DNA of 59,472 bases. Source: Eubacteriales bacterium. GTDB taxonomy: Bacteria; Bacillota; Clostridia; Oscillospirales; CAG-272. Under the pieces are notes generated by a model. That model ran no database searches, had not been told where the DNA came from, and was given only the letters and a program-made list of their open reading frames with translations. Shown piece by piece: positions 46,381 to 56,957 of the stretch; within the stretch, counting starts at the first letter, position 1, and each line of letters starts with the position of its first letter. The stretch spans positions 1 through 59,472 of the forward strand of contig JAZNZC010000001.1 of NCBI GenBank assembly GCA_045594745.1, given 5' to 3'. The position numbers and the translations under genes were made by a program.

Positions 46381-47334
46381 ATGAAAATGGCAAGACAAAA
46401 AGCAGAGCAAAAAGCAGTTGCCAGAAAAGACATTTCCTATTGGGAATATACCCGTAGAGAAATGAAGCGCAACTGGATCGCTTATGTTATGATCCTTCCT
46501 TATGTTGTAATCTTCTCGCTGTTCACCCTTTGTCCCGTTATCCTATCCTTTGTTGTTGGTTTTACCGACTTCAACATGCTTCAATGGCCCAACTTCGTTT
46601 GGCTTGAAAACTACATCAACCTGTTCTTTGCAGACGACATCTTCCTGATCGCCTGCAAGAACACCTTGATCTTTGCAGCAATCGTAGGACCTTCCTCCTA
46701 CATTATGTCCTTCTTGGTCGCTTGGTTCATCAACGAGCTTCCTCCCCGTATTCGTGCAATCATTACCTTGGTCTTCTATGCGCCCTCCATCGCGGGTGGT
46801 GTATATATGATTTGGGGTACGTTGTTTGATGCCGACACCTACGGTTGGGTCAACGCAACCCTGATCGAGCTGGGTATCATCACAGACCCGATTGCATGGT
46901 TTAAGGATGCGGACTACATTATGCCCCTTTGTATCGTTGTTGCTCTTTGGACGTCTCTCGGTACTTCCTTCCTTTCCTTTATTGCAGGTTTGCAGGGCGT
47001 TGACCGCTCCCTGTATGAGGCAGGCGCCGTTGACGGCGTTAAGAACCGTTGGCAAGAGCTTTGGTACATCACATTGCCCAGCATGAAGCCTCAGCTGATG
47101 TTCGGTGCAATTATGGCAATCACAGGCTCCTTCGGCTTTGGCGGCGTTGTAACCGCTCTTTGCGGCTTCCCGTCTGTTGACTATGCGGCACACACCATCA
47201 CCCACCATTTGGACGACTACGGCGGAGCGCGTTACGAGATCGGTTACGCATCCGCGATCGCAACAGTGCTGTTTGCAATTCAGATCTTTGCAAACAAGGT
47301 CGTCTCCAAGGCTCTCTCAAAGGTAGGTACGTAA
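46381..47334 (+). CDS. Carbohydrate ABC permease
   Basis: LYEAGAVDG EAA motif; multiple TMs. Confidence 0.92.
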   Translation: MKMARQKAEQKAVARKDISYWEYTRREMKRNWIAYVMILPYVVIFSLFTLCPVILSFVVGFTDFNMLQWPNFVWLENYINLFFADDIFLIACKNTLIFAAIVGPSSYIMSFLVAWFINELPPRIRAIITLVFYAPSIAGGVYMIWGTLFDADTYGWVNATLIELGIITDPIAWFKDADYIMPLCIVVALWTSLGTSFLSFIAGLQGVDRSLYEAGAVDGVKNRWQELWYITLPSMKPQLMFGAIMAITGSFGFGGVVTALCGFPSVDYAAHTITHHLDDYGGARYEIGYASAIATVLFAIQIFANKVVSKALSKVGT

Positions 47335-47335
47335 T

Positions 47336-48208
47336 ATGGCAAAATTAAGAACAAGACGACACAGAGTTGTATTATCCCGTTCTGCGGGTGGCGACGCCGG
47401 TATTACCGTTGTATTGACGATCCTCGGCGTATTCATGTTCCTTCCTATGGTGTATGCGATCTCTCAAGCATTCAAGCCCTTGGATGAGTTGTGGATGTAT
47501 CCTCCGCGATTCTTTGTAAGAAATCCTACACTCAAAAACTTCTCCGACCTGTTTACCTTGATGAATGACTCTTGGGTTCCTTTCTCCCGTTACATCTTCA
47601 ACACGGTATTCACCTCGGTTATGGGTACGTTCGGACACTTGTTTATTGCATCGATGTGTGCATACGCACTGGCGAAGATCAAATTTCCCGGTGGCAAATT
47701 CGTGTTCAAAACCATTCGTTCGTCCCTGATGTTCTCGTCCACCGTCGGCGGTATCACCAGCTTCATGATCATGACCGCTCTGCACTTGGTAGATAGCTAC
47801 CTTGCTATCATCATTCCCGCATGGGGCGCAACTCTGGGTCTGTACCTGATGAAGCAGCATATGGACTCTACTGTTCCCGATACGGTGCTTGAAAGTGCAC
47901 GTCTCGACGGTGCGAGCGAAATCCGCACCTATTGGACCATTGCAATGCCTATGGTTAAGCCTGCATGGCTGACGTTGATCATTTTCTCGTTCCAGGGACT
48001 TTGGAACCAAGGCTCTTCTATTTACATTTATTCCGAACAACTTAAATCCATCAACTACGCAATCGGTCAGATTATGGCCGGTGGTATCAAGCGTGCAGGT
48101 GCATCTTCTGCATCCTCGGTACTTATGATGATGGTACCTATCACGGTATTCGTTATTTCGCAGTCGAATATCATTGAAACGATGGGTTCGAGCGGTATGA
48201 AAGACTAA
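47336..48208 (+). CDS. Carbohydrate ABC permease
   Basis: LESARLDGAS EAA motif. Confidence 0.92.
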   Translation: MAKLRTRRHRVVLSRSAGGDAGITVVLTILGVFMFLPMVYAISQAFKPLDELWMYPPRFFVRNPTLKNFSDLFTLMNDSWVPFSRYIFNTVFTSVMGTFGHLFIASMCAYALAKIKFPGGKFVFKTIRSSLMFSSTVGGITSFMIMTALHLVDSYLAIIIPAWGATLGLYLMKQHMDSTVPDTVLESARLDGASEIRTYWTIAMPMVKPAWLTLIIFSFQGLWNQGSSIYIYSEQLKSINYAIGQIMAGGIKRAGASSASSVLMMMVPITVFVISQSNIIETMGSSGMKD

Positions 48209-48219
48209 AGGAGGACAAT

Positions 48220-50349
48220 ATGAAAAAGTTTACATCTGTAATATTGCTGATATTGTCTCTCGTTATGATCGTATCTGCAATGACCATTGGTGCTTCGGCA
48301 TCCTCTGCATACCAAACCTACACCTATTCCATTAGCGGTTTCGCTCTGTATTCTCCCGACGCTTACTCCGCAGAGCAAGCATTGGTTTATACAGATATGG
48401 GACTGCCGATGGATTTCAAGAATCCGAAGGATATGATTACGGATAAGGACGGCAACATTTATATTGCCGACACCGATAATAACCAGATCGCGATTCTGAA
48501 CCGTTATTTTGAATTCCAAACCTACATCACCACCTTCTACAACGCAGCGGGTAACAACGACCGTTTGGTAGCGCCCCAGGGTGTATTCGTTACCGACGAT
48601 TCCATTTGGGTGTGCGACACCGGTAACAACCGTTTGGTAGAGTTTGATAAGAAGACGCTGGAATTCAAGCAGATCATCGACCCGCCCGAAAGCCAACTGC
48701 TTTCCGACAACGCAGCCTACAAGCCGGTTGCTATGGCAATCGACCCCTACGGCAGAATTTACGTTGTTTCTTCCTCCACCAACCAGGGTATCATCGTTAT
48801 GAACTCTGAAGGAGACTTCGTTGGCTTTATTGGTGCACAGGCGGTTACTATTTCCGCATGGGAGATCCTTTGGAGATCCATTCAGACCGATGCACAAAGA
48901 AAGGCGAGTGCAACAAAAACTTCCGTTATTTATAACAACATCGCAATCAGCGACGAGGGCTTTATCTACGTTACCACATCGGGTATCAAAGAATCCTCTG
49001 TTGCAACTGCTATTACCGGCAAAGACCGTACAGGCAAGTATGCTCCCGTTAAGATGCTCAACCCCTCGGGTGATGAGATCATGAGACGTAACGGCTTCTG
49101 GCCTCCGGCAGGTGAAATCAACTTCAAAACCAGCGGCGGCGTTTCTACCCTCGTAGACGTTGCAACCGGTCCCGAGAAGACTTGGTCTATTGTGGATACC
49201 AAGCGCGAAAAGATCTACACCTACGACTTTAACGGCAACCTGTTGTTCGCTTTTGGCGACACGGGTACAATGCTTGGTAGTATTTCTAACGTATGTGCCA
49301 TCGCTTATCAGGGAACCAAGATGCTCATTCTTGACTCCGGTTCCAAGAGTATCATTGTTTACAACCGCACCGAGTACGGTGACTTGCTGATTCAGGCAAT
49401 CGCAGCGGAGAACTCTTTGGACTATGACTACGCAATTCAATGTTGGGAAAAGGTTCTGCAAAGAAACTCCAACTTTGACGCAGCATACGTTGGTATCGGT
49501 AATGCGCTTTACCGTAGTGCCGATTACGAAGAGGCTCTTGAATATTATGAAAAGGCGTACGACACCACCAACTGGTCCGAATCCTATAAGATGGTTCGTA
49601 AGGAATGGATGTCTGTTTGGCTGTTGCCTATCGTTGGTCTGATCATCGTTTTGGTAGTTCTGATCATCAAGTTCCTTGGTTGGGCTGCAAAGGTCAACAA
49701 GCGTGCCGCAACCGACGGACGTGAAAGAAAGAGCTTCTGGGAAGAGATCATCTACGGCTTCTACGTTATCTTCCACCCGTTTGACGGTTTCTACGACCTC
49801 AAGCATGAAAAACGCGGCTCTGTTCGCGCATCCCTTGTCTTTATTGGTTTAACCATTCTTTCCTTCTTCTATCAAGGTATCGGTCAAGGATACGTTGTGA
49901 ACCCCACCGGCGGTACTGCCACGTTGTGGTCGCAGGCCATCTCTATTTTGGTTCCTCTGTTCCTGTTTGTACTTGCAAACTGGTGCTTGACGACCTTGTT
50001 CGAAGGTGAAGGAAGCTTTAAGGACATCTTTATTGCATCCTCTTACTCGCTCTTGCCCCTTATTCTGTTTGTCGTTCCCGCTACTTTGGGATCTAACTGG
50101 GTAAGCTTGAGTGAGGTACAGCTTATTGATTTGCTCATAGGCATTGCATTTGTTTGGACGATCATGCTGTTGTTCTTTGGAACGATGGTTACGCACGATT
50201 ATCCTCTTTTCAAGAACCTGATCATTATTCTTTTCACAATTGTTGCTATGGCGTTTATCGTCTTCCTGGTACTCTTGTTCGGTATGCTGTTGTCAAAGCT
50301 CGTCAGCCTTGTAACCAATATCGTTACAGAGATCCAGTACCGTGCATAA
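48220..50349 (+). CDS. NHL-repeat/TPR/Yip1 fusion membrane protein
   Basis: IYIADTDN and IWVCDTGN NHL repeats; TPR-like helices; HPFDGFYDLK then Yip1-like TMs. Confidence 0.8.
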   Translation: MKKFTSVILLILSLVMIVSAMTIGASASSAYQTYTYSISGFALYSPDAYSAEQALVYTDMGLPMDFKNPKDMITDKDGNIYIADTDNNQIAILNRYFEFQTYITTFYNAAGNNDRLVAPQGVFVTDDSIWVCDTGNNRLVEFDKKTLEFKQIIDPPESQLLSDNAAYKPVAMAIDPYGRIYVVSSSTNQGIIVMNSEGDFVGFIGAQAVTISAWEILWRSIQTDAQRKASATKTSVIYNNIAISDEGFIYVTTSGIKESSVATAITGKDRTGKYAPVKMLNPSGDEIMRRNGFWPPAGEINFKTSGGVSTLVDVATGPEKTWSIVDTKREKIYTYDFNGNLLFAFGDTGTMLGSISNVCAIAYQGTKMLILDSGSKSIIVYNRTEYGDLLIQAIAAENSLDYDYAIQCWEKVLQRNSNFDAAYVGIGNALYRSADYEEALEYYEKAYDTTNWSESYKMVRKEWMSVWLLPIVGLIIVLVVLIIKFLGWAAKVNKRAATDGRERKSFWEEIIYGFYVIFHPFDGFYDLKHEKRGSVRASLVFIGLTILSFFYQGIGQGYVVNPTGGTATLWSQAISILVPLFLFVLANWCLTTLFEGEGSFKDIFIASSYSLLPLILFVVPATLGSNWVSLSEVQLIDLLIGIAFVWTIMLLFFGTMVTHDYPLFKNLIIILFTIVAMAFIVFLVLLFGMLLSKLVSLVTNIVTEIQYRA

Positions 50350-50371
50350 CGATGGATAGGAGGTAGAAAAA

Positions 50372-53300
50372 ATGAATATTACAAAACGCATACTTTCGAC
50401 ACTCTTAGCCATTGCTATGGTGCTGAGCGCCTTTGCTACCCTCTTTACTGTGCAGGTGTTTGCTGCCGAAGAGGAAACGACACCCCCTGCAGAAGAAATC
50501 ACGCAGGTTAAGGATTACGTTACCAAGGTTTACAATAACCCCGAAGAAAAATTGCAAACGATGGAGCCGATGCGTACTGCCGGCAATTATCAGTTGTGGG
50601 TAGATAAGCGTAGCGGCGAGGTAGCGTGGGTAGAAATCAATGCAGATGGAAATCCCACTGAGAACATTCTGTTCACCAACCCCTATGATGTAGCAGCTTC
50701 CAAGGGTTCCAAAAATACCAAGCAGGAACTGCTTTCTCAAATCATCGTTTCCTTTACCGACACAACGGGTACATCCAAGCAGCTTTACAGCTATACGGAT
50801 GCAGCTCTCAATGACCAGATCACCGTACAGCTCATCAAGGGCGGTGTTCGCGTTGAGTACATTATCGGTCGTGAGGACGGCAGAAAGCTGATCCCCAAGC
50901 TGATTTTCGATGAAAGCTTCCAAGAAAACATTCTGGTCAACATTCAAGCCGCTATCGATAGAGGCGACTTGGTTGAGGATAAGGCCTATGAATGGTTCTT
51001 GAATGCTTGGCAGGAATTCAACCCCAACAAGATGTCTCCCGGTATGAGAATGGAGATGATCAAGAGATATCCTGCTCTGGGTGAGTATTACACCGATGAA
51101 AACGGTAATACCGTTTATCCCGTTTTGTGGTCTTGGCTTCCCAAAATGTCCAACGTTGCCGATACGCTCAAGCGTGAGGCTTGGATCAAAATGTACTGCC
51201 CCGACTATACGTTCGAGCAGTTGGACGCTGACCACGAGGCAACCGGCTACGTAGCCGAGGACGAAAAGTATCCCGTATTCAAAATGGCTTTGGAGTATTA
51301 CCTGAGCGAAGATGAGGGACTGACCGTTCGTCTGCCTTGTAACGGTCTTCGTTACGATGCCGCTGCCTACACCCTGCAAAATCTGACTGTGCTTCCTTAT
51401 ATGGGCGCGGGCAACTACAAAAATGCAGGTGTTTCCTACGAGACGGTAGGGGAGGATGGACTTCCCACAACCGAAGTGACACAAAGCTACACCTTCTTCC
51501 CGGATGGCTCCGGCGCACTCTTTGATCACGCTGAGCTGGGCAACTCCACCGAGAAGTTGTTGGGATACGTTTACGGTGAGGACTTTGCTTATCACCAACT
51601 GATCGGTTTGAAATTCCATAAGGCTGTTCGTTATCCCGTTTACGGTGTTGTCAGCAACGAGCTCTTCTATGAGTTCACCTACAACGGACTCGATGAAGAG
51701 GGCAATTCTGCCGATTTTACCGAACGTGTCTCCTGTGCTGTTAAATCTGCCGACGATATTATGAAAGAGCTCGACGAAAAGAACGCAGTGCTGAAGAGTG
51801 GCGATCTTGAGGATTCGATCGTTGCATATCAACGTGGCTATGTCGCTATCGTCGAGGCAGCAGATTCCTTTACCAGACTCCAGCTCTATCACGGCGGTGC
51901 ATTGCACAATTACAGCACTGTATTCCCATACTTCAATCCCAAAGCAAGTGATACGTATAGTCTTTCCGGTTCTATCGCCAGTAGCGCAGAAAGCGTAGGC
52001 ATTAGCTCGGATAGAAAGTACACCGGCAGCTTCAAGCTTCGTTACGTTATGCTGACGGATAACAAGCTTGCCGATGAAAGAAAAGCAAGCAACCCTGACT
52101 ATAAGTACTACAATTCCTCTTGGTTGGGTATGGCAGAGGCTTATCGCGACTATCTGTGCCGCGAGGGCAAGCTGACCGGTGCCCTGACGCAGGATGACGT
52201 AAAGGCTGATATTCCGCTCTACATCGAAGCATTCGGTGCTTTGGAGACGCAGGAGACCATTGCAACCATCCCCGTATGGGTAATGACTCCCCTGACCACG
52301 TTTGAAAACGTATGGACAATGTACTCGGAATTGAGCGATCTGAATGTTAAAAACATCAATTTCAAGCTTACGGGTTTTGCAAACGGCGGTATGTACTCCA
52401 CAATGCCCTATAACTTGAAATGGGAAAAGAATCTTGGCGGCTCCAAGGGCTTTGAAGAGCTTATTGCAAAAGCCGATGAGATCAATGCAAAGACCGACGG
52501 TTCCCACCTTGGTCTGTATCCCGACTTTGATTTTGCATATGTGCAAGCAGATGCTGCTTTTGACGGCATGACCTTGAAGAAGGATGCTGTAAAGACGCTT
52601 GACAACCGTTACACGTCTTACCGTTACTATGATGCATCCATTCAAGATTTTGTCGGCTTCTACAAGCTGGCAATCTCTCCCGCACGTTACAGCAGATTCT
52701 ATGAAAAGTTGATTTCCAAATACGAGGATTATAAGCTTGCATCTATGTCGGTTGCTTCTCTGGGTAATGCCCTGAACTCCGACTTTGATGAAGATGATCC
52801 CTATAACCGCGAGCAGAGCAAGGATCTGACGCAAAAAGCCCTTTCGGACATTCAAAAGGCAGGTTACAGTCTGATGACCGATGGCGGTAACGCTTACACA
52901 TGGGCGTATGTTGATCACATCTTGAATGTAGAGCTTGACTCCAGCCGTTATCTGATTGCAAGCGCAACCGTTCCGTTCATCGGCTCGGTACTGCACGGCT
53001 ACGTTCAGTTTGCAGGCGCTCCTCTGAACGAAGAGGGTGACGTAAACTACGCAATGCTTCGCGCAATCGAAAACGGCGCAGGTCTGTACTTCATTCTTTC
53101 TTATCAAAACACCACCGAGCTCAAAGAAGATGCGTTCTTGATGGAATACTATTCCATTCGCTACGACATTTGGCTCGAGGACGTTGCAAAGTATTACAAC
53201 CAGTTGAATACTGTTCTCAAGGATGTTCAAACCAAGGTCATCATCAACCACGAATTTTTGGTTGGCGAACGCATTTTGGATTTGGATGAGCTCGAAGCGG

Positions 53301-54409
53301 ATATCGAAAACCGTTTGGAAGAGGCTATCAAGGATCAGGATAAGATCCAAGCTAACCTCGATACCAGCGAAGCGGTTGCAGTTGCCGAAGCGTGGAACCT
53401 GCTTTACAACGCAGAAGCTACGATGAAGGAAATGTCCAAAAAGGTTGATGAAATCAACGAAAAGCTCACCGAAATGTATATCATGACCGAGAATGCTTCC
53501 GGCGAAATTGAGGTTAAGATCAAAGATGCAGATTATGCGGACCTGAAGAATTTCAAGAGAGCTCTTGATAATCGCGGATCCCAATTGGGTGGAGGCACGG
53601 GTGTTATACCGACATACATTGCGATGAAAATTTATAGCAGTGGCACATCGTCCTATGAGAATGCTATTGGCAATGTTGCAACCCAATTTGAAAAATTGCG
53701 TGATGCAGCGATCTTCTTTGCACAGAGCAGTGTTGACCTGCAAGCTATCAAGACAAGAACCTTAAATATTGAGGATGAAATGCAGGCTGCTATTGAGTTG
53801 GTCAGAACCACATCCATCTACAATGATAAGGAAGAAGTCAGAACCGCATTGCTCAAAGATATGGAAGAGTGGATCACTAGCGTAGAGCAATACGTTGAAG
53901 GTATTGTTTCCGGTTGTGAGCTCTATATGGAGACCCCCGGTAAGGATTTCCTGAATAAGGAAAGCGAGCTGTACTTCATGACTGACATTATGGAATCGAT
54001 CGACCAGACCTTCAATCTTGATTTTGGGGAAGGCGGTCAGTATTACGAGTACTACAAAGAAGGCGGTAAATACTACGAGGATTATGCGAATGCCGCAGAT
54101 GCTCCCGTAGATCTGCGTAGAATCCAAATGGATCTTAAGTCTGCATGTCCTTTCTTCACCGAAGAATACATTTGGGCACAGGTAGAAGGTTCTGAGGAGT
54201 CTGATGATGAAGAAATCGATTCCGGAGCTGTCAACAACAACCAAATCGTTGTAGTAACCTACGGTGACCGTAACAGTGAAACCTTTGAGAAGACGCCTTT
54301 CAAGAGCATCATCCTGAACTACAATAGTTATGCTGTTCGTGTTACCTACAACGGTACGTTGTATACGGTTCCCAGCGGCGGATACGTCGTTATTGATTAT
54401 GATAACTGA
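50372..54409 (+). CDS. DUF5696-like secreted protein with large C-terminal helical insertion
   Basis: Signal peptide; FFPDGSGALF, VYGED, PVYG, VPFIGSVLHG, LRAIENGA; operon position. Confidence 0.75.
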   Translation: MNITKRILSTLLAIAMVLSAFATLFTVQVFAAEEETTPPAEEITQVKDYVTKVYNNPEEKLQTMEPMRTAGNYQLWVDKRSGEVAWVEINADGNPTENILFTNPYDVAASKGSKNTKQELLSQIIVSFTDTTGTSKQLYSYTDAALNDQITVQLIKGGVRVEYIIGREDGRKLIPKLIFDESFQENILVNIQAAIDRGDLVEDKAYEWFLNAWQEFNPNKMSPGMRMEMIKRYPALGEYYTDENGNTVYPVLWSWLPKMSNVADTLKREAWIKMYCPDYTFEQLDADHEATGYVAEDEKYPVFKMALEYYLSEDEGLTVRLPCNGLRYDAAAYTLQNLTVLPYMGAGNYKNAGVSYETVGEDGLPTTEVTQSYTFFPDGSGALFDHAELGNSTEKLLGYVYGEDFAYHQLIGLKFHKAVRYPVYGVVSNELFYEFTYNGLDEEGNSADFTERVSCAVKSADDIMKELDEKNAVLKSGDLEDSIVAYQRGYVAIVEAADSFTRLQLYHGGALHNYSTVFPYFNPKASDTYSLSGSIASSAESVGISSDRKYTGSFKLRYVMLTDNKLADERKASNPDYKYYNSSWLGMAEAYRDYLCREGKLTGALTQDDVKADIPLYIEAFGALETQETIATIPVWVMTPLTTFENVWTMYSELSDLNVKNINFKLTGFANGGMYSTMPYNLKWEKNLGGSKGFEELIAKADEINAKTDGSHLGLYPDFDFAYVQADAAFDGMTLKKDAVKTLDNRYTSYRYYDASIQDFVGFYKLAISPARYSRFYEKLISKYEDYKLASMSVASLGNALNSDFDEDDPYNREQSKDLTQKALSDIQKAGYSLMTDGGNAYTWAYVDHILNVELDSSRYLIASATVPFIGSVLHGYVQFAGAPLNEEGDVNYAMLRAIENGAGLYFILSYQNTTELKEDAFLMEYYSIRYDIWLEDVAKYYNQLNTVLKDVQTKVIINHEFLVGERILDLDELEADIENRLEEAIKDQDKIQANLDTSEAVAVAEAWNLLYNAEATMKEMSKKVDEINEKLTEMYIMTENASGEIEVKIKDADYADLKNFKRALDNRGSQLGGGTGVIPTYIAMKIYSSGTSSYENAIGNVATQFEKLRDAAIFFAQSSVDLQAIKTRTLNIEDEMQAAIELVRTTSIYNDKEEVRTALLKDMEEWITSVEQYVEGIVSGCELYMETPGKDFLNKESELYFMTDIMESIDQTFNLDFGEGGQYYEYYKEGGKYYEDYANAADAPVDLRRIQMDLKSACPFFTEEYIWAQVEGSEESDDEEIDSGAVNNNQIVVVTYGDRNSETFEKTPFKSIILNYNSYAVRVTYNGTLYTVPSGGYVVIDYDN

Positions 54410-54426
54410 GAGGAGGGCAACGCATT

Positions 54427-55392
54427 ATGACAAATGATGTAAACATGAGCGCACCTAAGCGCAAAAGAAAAATTGCCTCCCTTGACCGCCGTAAGGCGCG
54501 TGCCGGTTGGTTTTTCGTACTCCCGTTCCTGATTGGATTCGTACTCATTTACCTGCCTATGGTTTGGCAATCTCTGCAGATCAGCTTTTCTAAAATTGTT
54601 ATCGGCGGTGCCAGCGGTACTTATGATATGGTTTGGGTTGGTTTTCAGAACTACAGTGATGCCATTCAGGTAGACCCCGAGTTTACCCGCGTTTTGTTAG
54701 AACAAGGTCTACCCAGTTTGGCAATTGATATTCCCGCTATTCTGATCTTCTCGCTCTTTATGGCAATTATGCTGAACCAGAAAATGGTCGGTAGAGCAGT
54801 TTTCCGTTCCATCTTCTTCATTCCCGTTGTCCTTTCCACGGGTATTATGGAGAGCATTGCGGCAATGGACGTTCTGACCGACTATATGGAAAGCGGAGAA
54901 GGTATCGATGACGGTTCAGGACAAACGCAAGATGCGTTGGTTTCTGCCGATGATTTGGCACTTCTGTTTGCAAATATGAAGGTTGGTACTGAGCTTGTAA
55001 AGACTATTACCGATATCGTTAATAATATTTTCGATATTGTAAACCGTTCCGGCGTACAGATGCTGATCTTCTTGGCGGCATTGCAGTCCATTTCTCCGGC
55101 AATTTACGAGTCCTGTAAGATCGACGGTGCAACGGCATGGGAGACTTTCTGGAAGATCACCCTGCCTATGATCAGTCCGATGATCTTGGTAAACGGCGTT
55201 TACACAATCATCGACTCCTTTACCACCGAAAGCAACCCCGTTATGGTATACGTACAAAAGGCATATACCGAGTCTTCGCAAGAGATCAGTACGGCAATGG
55301 CATGGATCTACTTTGCCATCGTTGGTTTGATCGTTGCATTGATTGCGGCAATCTTGTCCGGCTTCGTATTCTATCAACGCAAGAATGACTAA
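54427..55392 (+). CDS. Carbohydrate ABC permease
   Basis: IYESCKIDGAT EAA motif. Confidence 0.92.
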   Translation: MTNDVNMSAPKRKRKIASLDRRKARAGWFFVLPFLIGFVLIYLPMVWQSLQISFSKIVIGGASGTYDMVWVGFQNYSDAIQVDPEFTRVLLEQGLPSLAIDIPAILIFSLFMAIMLNQKMVGRAVFRSIFFIPVVLSTGIMESIAAMDVLTDYMESGEGIDDGSGQTQDALVSADDLALLFANMKVGTELVKTITDIVNNIFDIVNRSGVQMLIFLAALQSISPAIYESCKIDGATAWETFWKITLPMISPMILVNGVYTIIDSFTTESNPVMVYVQKAYTESSQEISTAMAWIYFAIVGLIVALIAAILSGFVFYQRKND

Positions 55393-55409
55393 GAAAGGAG
55401 GAGAAAACT

Positions 55410-56588
55410 ATGAACGCACAAAACACCGAAAAGAAACCCGTTGTCAAACACGAAACAAAGAATAAGATTCGCGTTGAGTTTGACCGTACACCTCTTAAGG
55501 AAAGATTGAAAGCGAAGTTCCTCTCCTTCTACTTTCTGCAAAAGGTTGCCATTGCCATTTTCCGTCTGGTGCTGATGGTAGGTATTTCCTACATTGTTAT
55601 CTTCCCGTTTATCAGTAAGATCACCAGCTCGATCATGGCGCCCGAGGACTTCATCGACGTAACCGTTCGCCTTATTCCTAAAAACATCTCCTTCGATATT
55701 TACGAGGCGATCGTTAAAGAGCTTGGATACTTCGATGCCCTTGGCAACACGTTTGTTCTTTCGTTCTCCACAGCAGTCATACAGATGTTGATTTGTAGCT
55801 TGATCGGATACGGATTTGCAAAGTTCAAATTCCGCGGCCGCAATCTCATCTTCGTATTGGTTATGGTTACCATGATCATTCCTCACCAAACACTGCAGCA
55901 TTCTATGTACCTTGAGTTCCGTAACTTCGATATTCTCGGTATCGTTCGTTTGCTCAAGGGTGGCGGAATCCAGATTGGCGATTGGAACGTTATGGAGCTG
56001 GGCGAGGGCGTTGCAAACTTCTTCGCAAGTCTCAACATTCTGCCTGATGGTATTCAGGTTGGCACCGATACTTACGGCGAGCCGATCATGATGCAGTTCA
56101 AGCAGTCGGGTATGAATATTGCAAACTCCTATCTGCCGCTGATTTTGATGTCGGCAACAGGTTTGGCATTTAAGAACGGCTTGTATATCTTTATGCTTCG
56201 TCAGTTCTTCCGCGGAATTCCGGATGAGCTTGAAGAATCCGCATATATGGATGGTTGCGGTACGTTCCGTACGTTCATCCAAATTATCCTGCCGCTCTCC
56301 ATCCCCATGATGATAACCGTGTTCCTGTTTGCATTCTGCTGGCAGTGGACCGATGACTTCTACGTAGGCTTGCTCAATACGGGCGTCGAAACCTCCAATC
56401 AGTTGCTCGTTGACTTGGTTGGTGCGGTTCCTCCGTCTCTCAAGCTTGGCTACGCAGGACAAACGCTTTATGAGACCGCTATTCGTAACACCTGTGGTCT
56501 TATGATCATTGCGCCTCTGGTAATTCTCTATGCCTTCTGCCAGAACTTCCTGGTACAAGGTATTGAGCATTCCGGTATCGCAAACTGA
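55410..56588 (+). CDS. Carbohydrate ABC permease with extended loop
   Basis: LEESAYMDGC EAA motif. Confidence 0.92.
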   Translation: MNAQNTEKKPVVKHETKNKIRVEFDRTPLKERLKAKFLSFYFLQKVAIAIFRLVLMVGISYIVIFPFISKITSSIMAPEDFIDVTVRLIPKNISFDIYEAIVKELGYFDALGNTFVLSFSTAVIQMLICSLIGYGFAKFKFRGRNLIFVLVMVTMIIPHQTLQHSMYLEFRNFDILGIVRLLKGGGIQIGDWNVMELGEGVANFFASLNILPDGIQVGTDTYGEPIMMQFKQSGMNIANSYLPLILMSATGLAFKNGLYIFMLRQFFRGIPDELEESAYMDGCGTFRTFIQIILPLSIPMMITVFLFAFCWQWTDDFYVGLLNTGVETSNQLLVDLVGAVPPSLKLGYAGQTLYETAIRNTCGLMIIAPLVILYAFCQNFLVQGIEHSGIAN

Positions 56589-56602
56589 TAATTTACACAA
56601 AC

Positions 56603-56638
56603 AAGTGCCGTCGATTTCGATCGACGGCACTTTCTTTT
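56603..56638 (+). terminator. Intrinsic terminator
   Basis: aagtgccgtcgat-ttcg-atcgacggcactt-tctttt. Confidence 0.85.
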
Positions 56639-56854
56639 GGGGGCTGTCATATTTGGCGAGACCAAAGAAGTCCGCAAGTGCGGACTTCTTTTATCGTTCT
56701 TCTCAAGGCTCGACGTACCTTTGTACGCCCTTTCCTTGAGAACGACGATTCTCATCCAAATCTGACAGCCCTCGGGGATTTGGATGTTCGTTTTGCAATT
56801 TCCACATGTATGCCAAAAAAGTCGCACAAAACGCAACAAAATCTCTCCAAATGA

Positions 56855-56883
56855 TTGACAAAAACGCTTTTATATGGTAAAAT
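56855..56883 (+). promoter_or_regulatory. Sigma-A promoter of GH31 gene
   Basis: TTGACA-17-TAAAAT with TG extension. Confidence 0.7.
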
Positions 56884-56957
56884 GTGAGCAACGGATATCT
56901 ATTCATCCGCATCCTCTTTATGAGGAAATTTATACAGCAAAAAAGGAATATGCAATT

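Noticed and set aside
50405-53743. 1112-aa minus-strand ORF and similar long antisense ORFs (e.g. 1708-3003, 36288-37559, 43198-45081, 48205-49806)
   Set aside because: Shadows of well-supported plus-strand genes caused by codon bias; no motifs or RBS.
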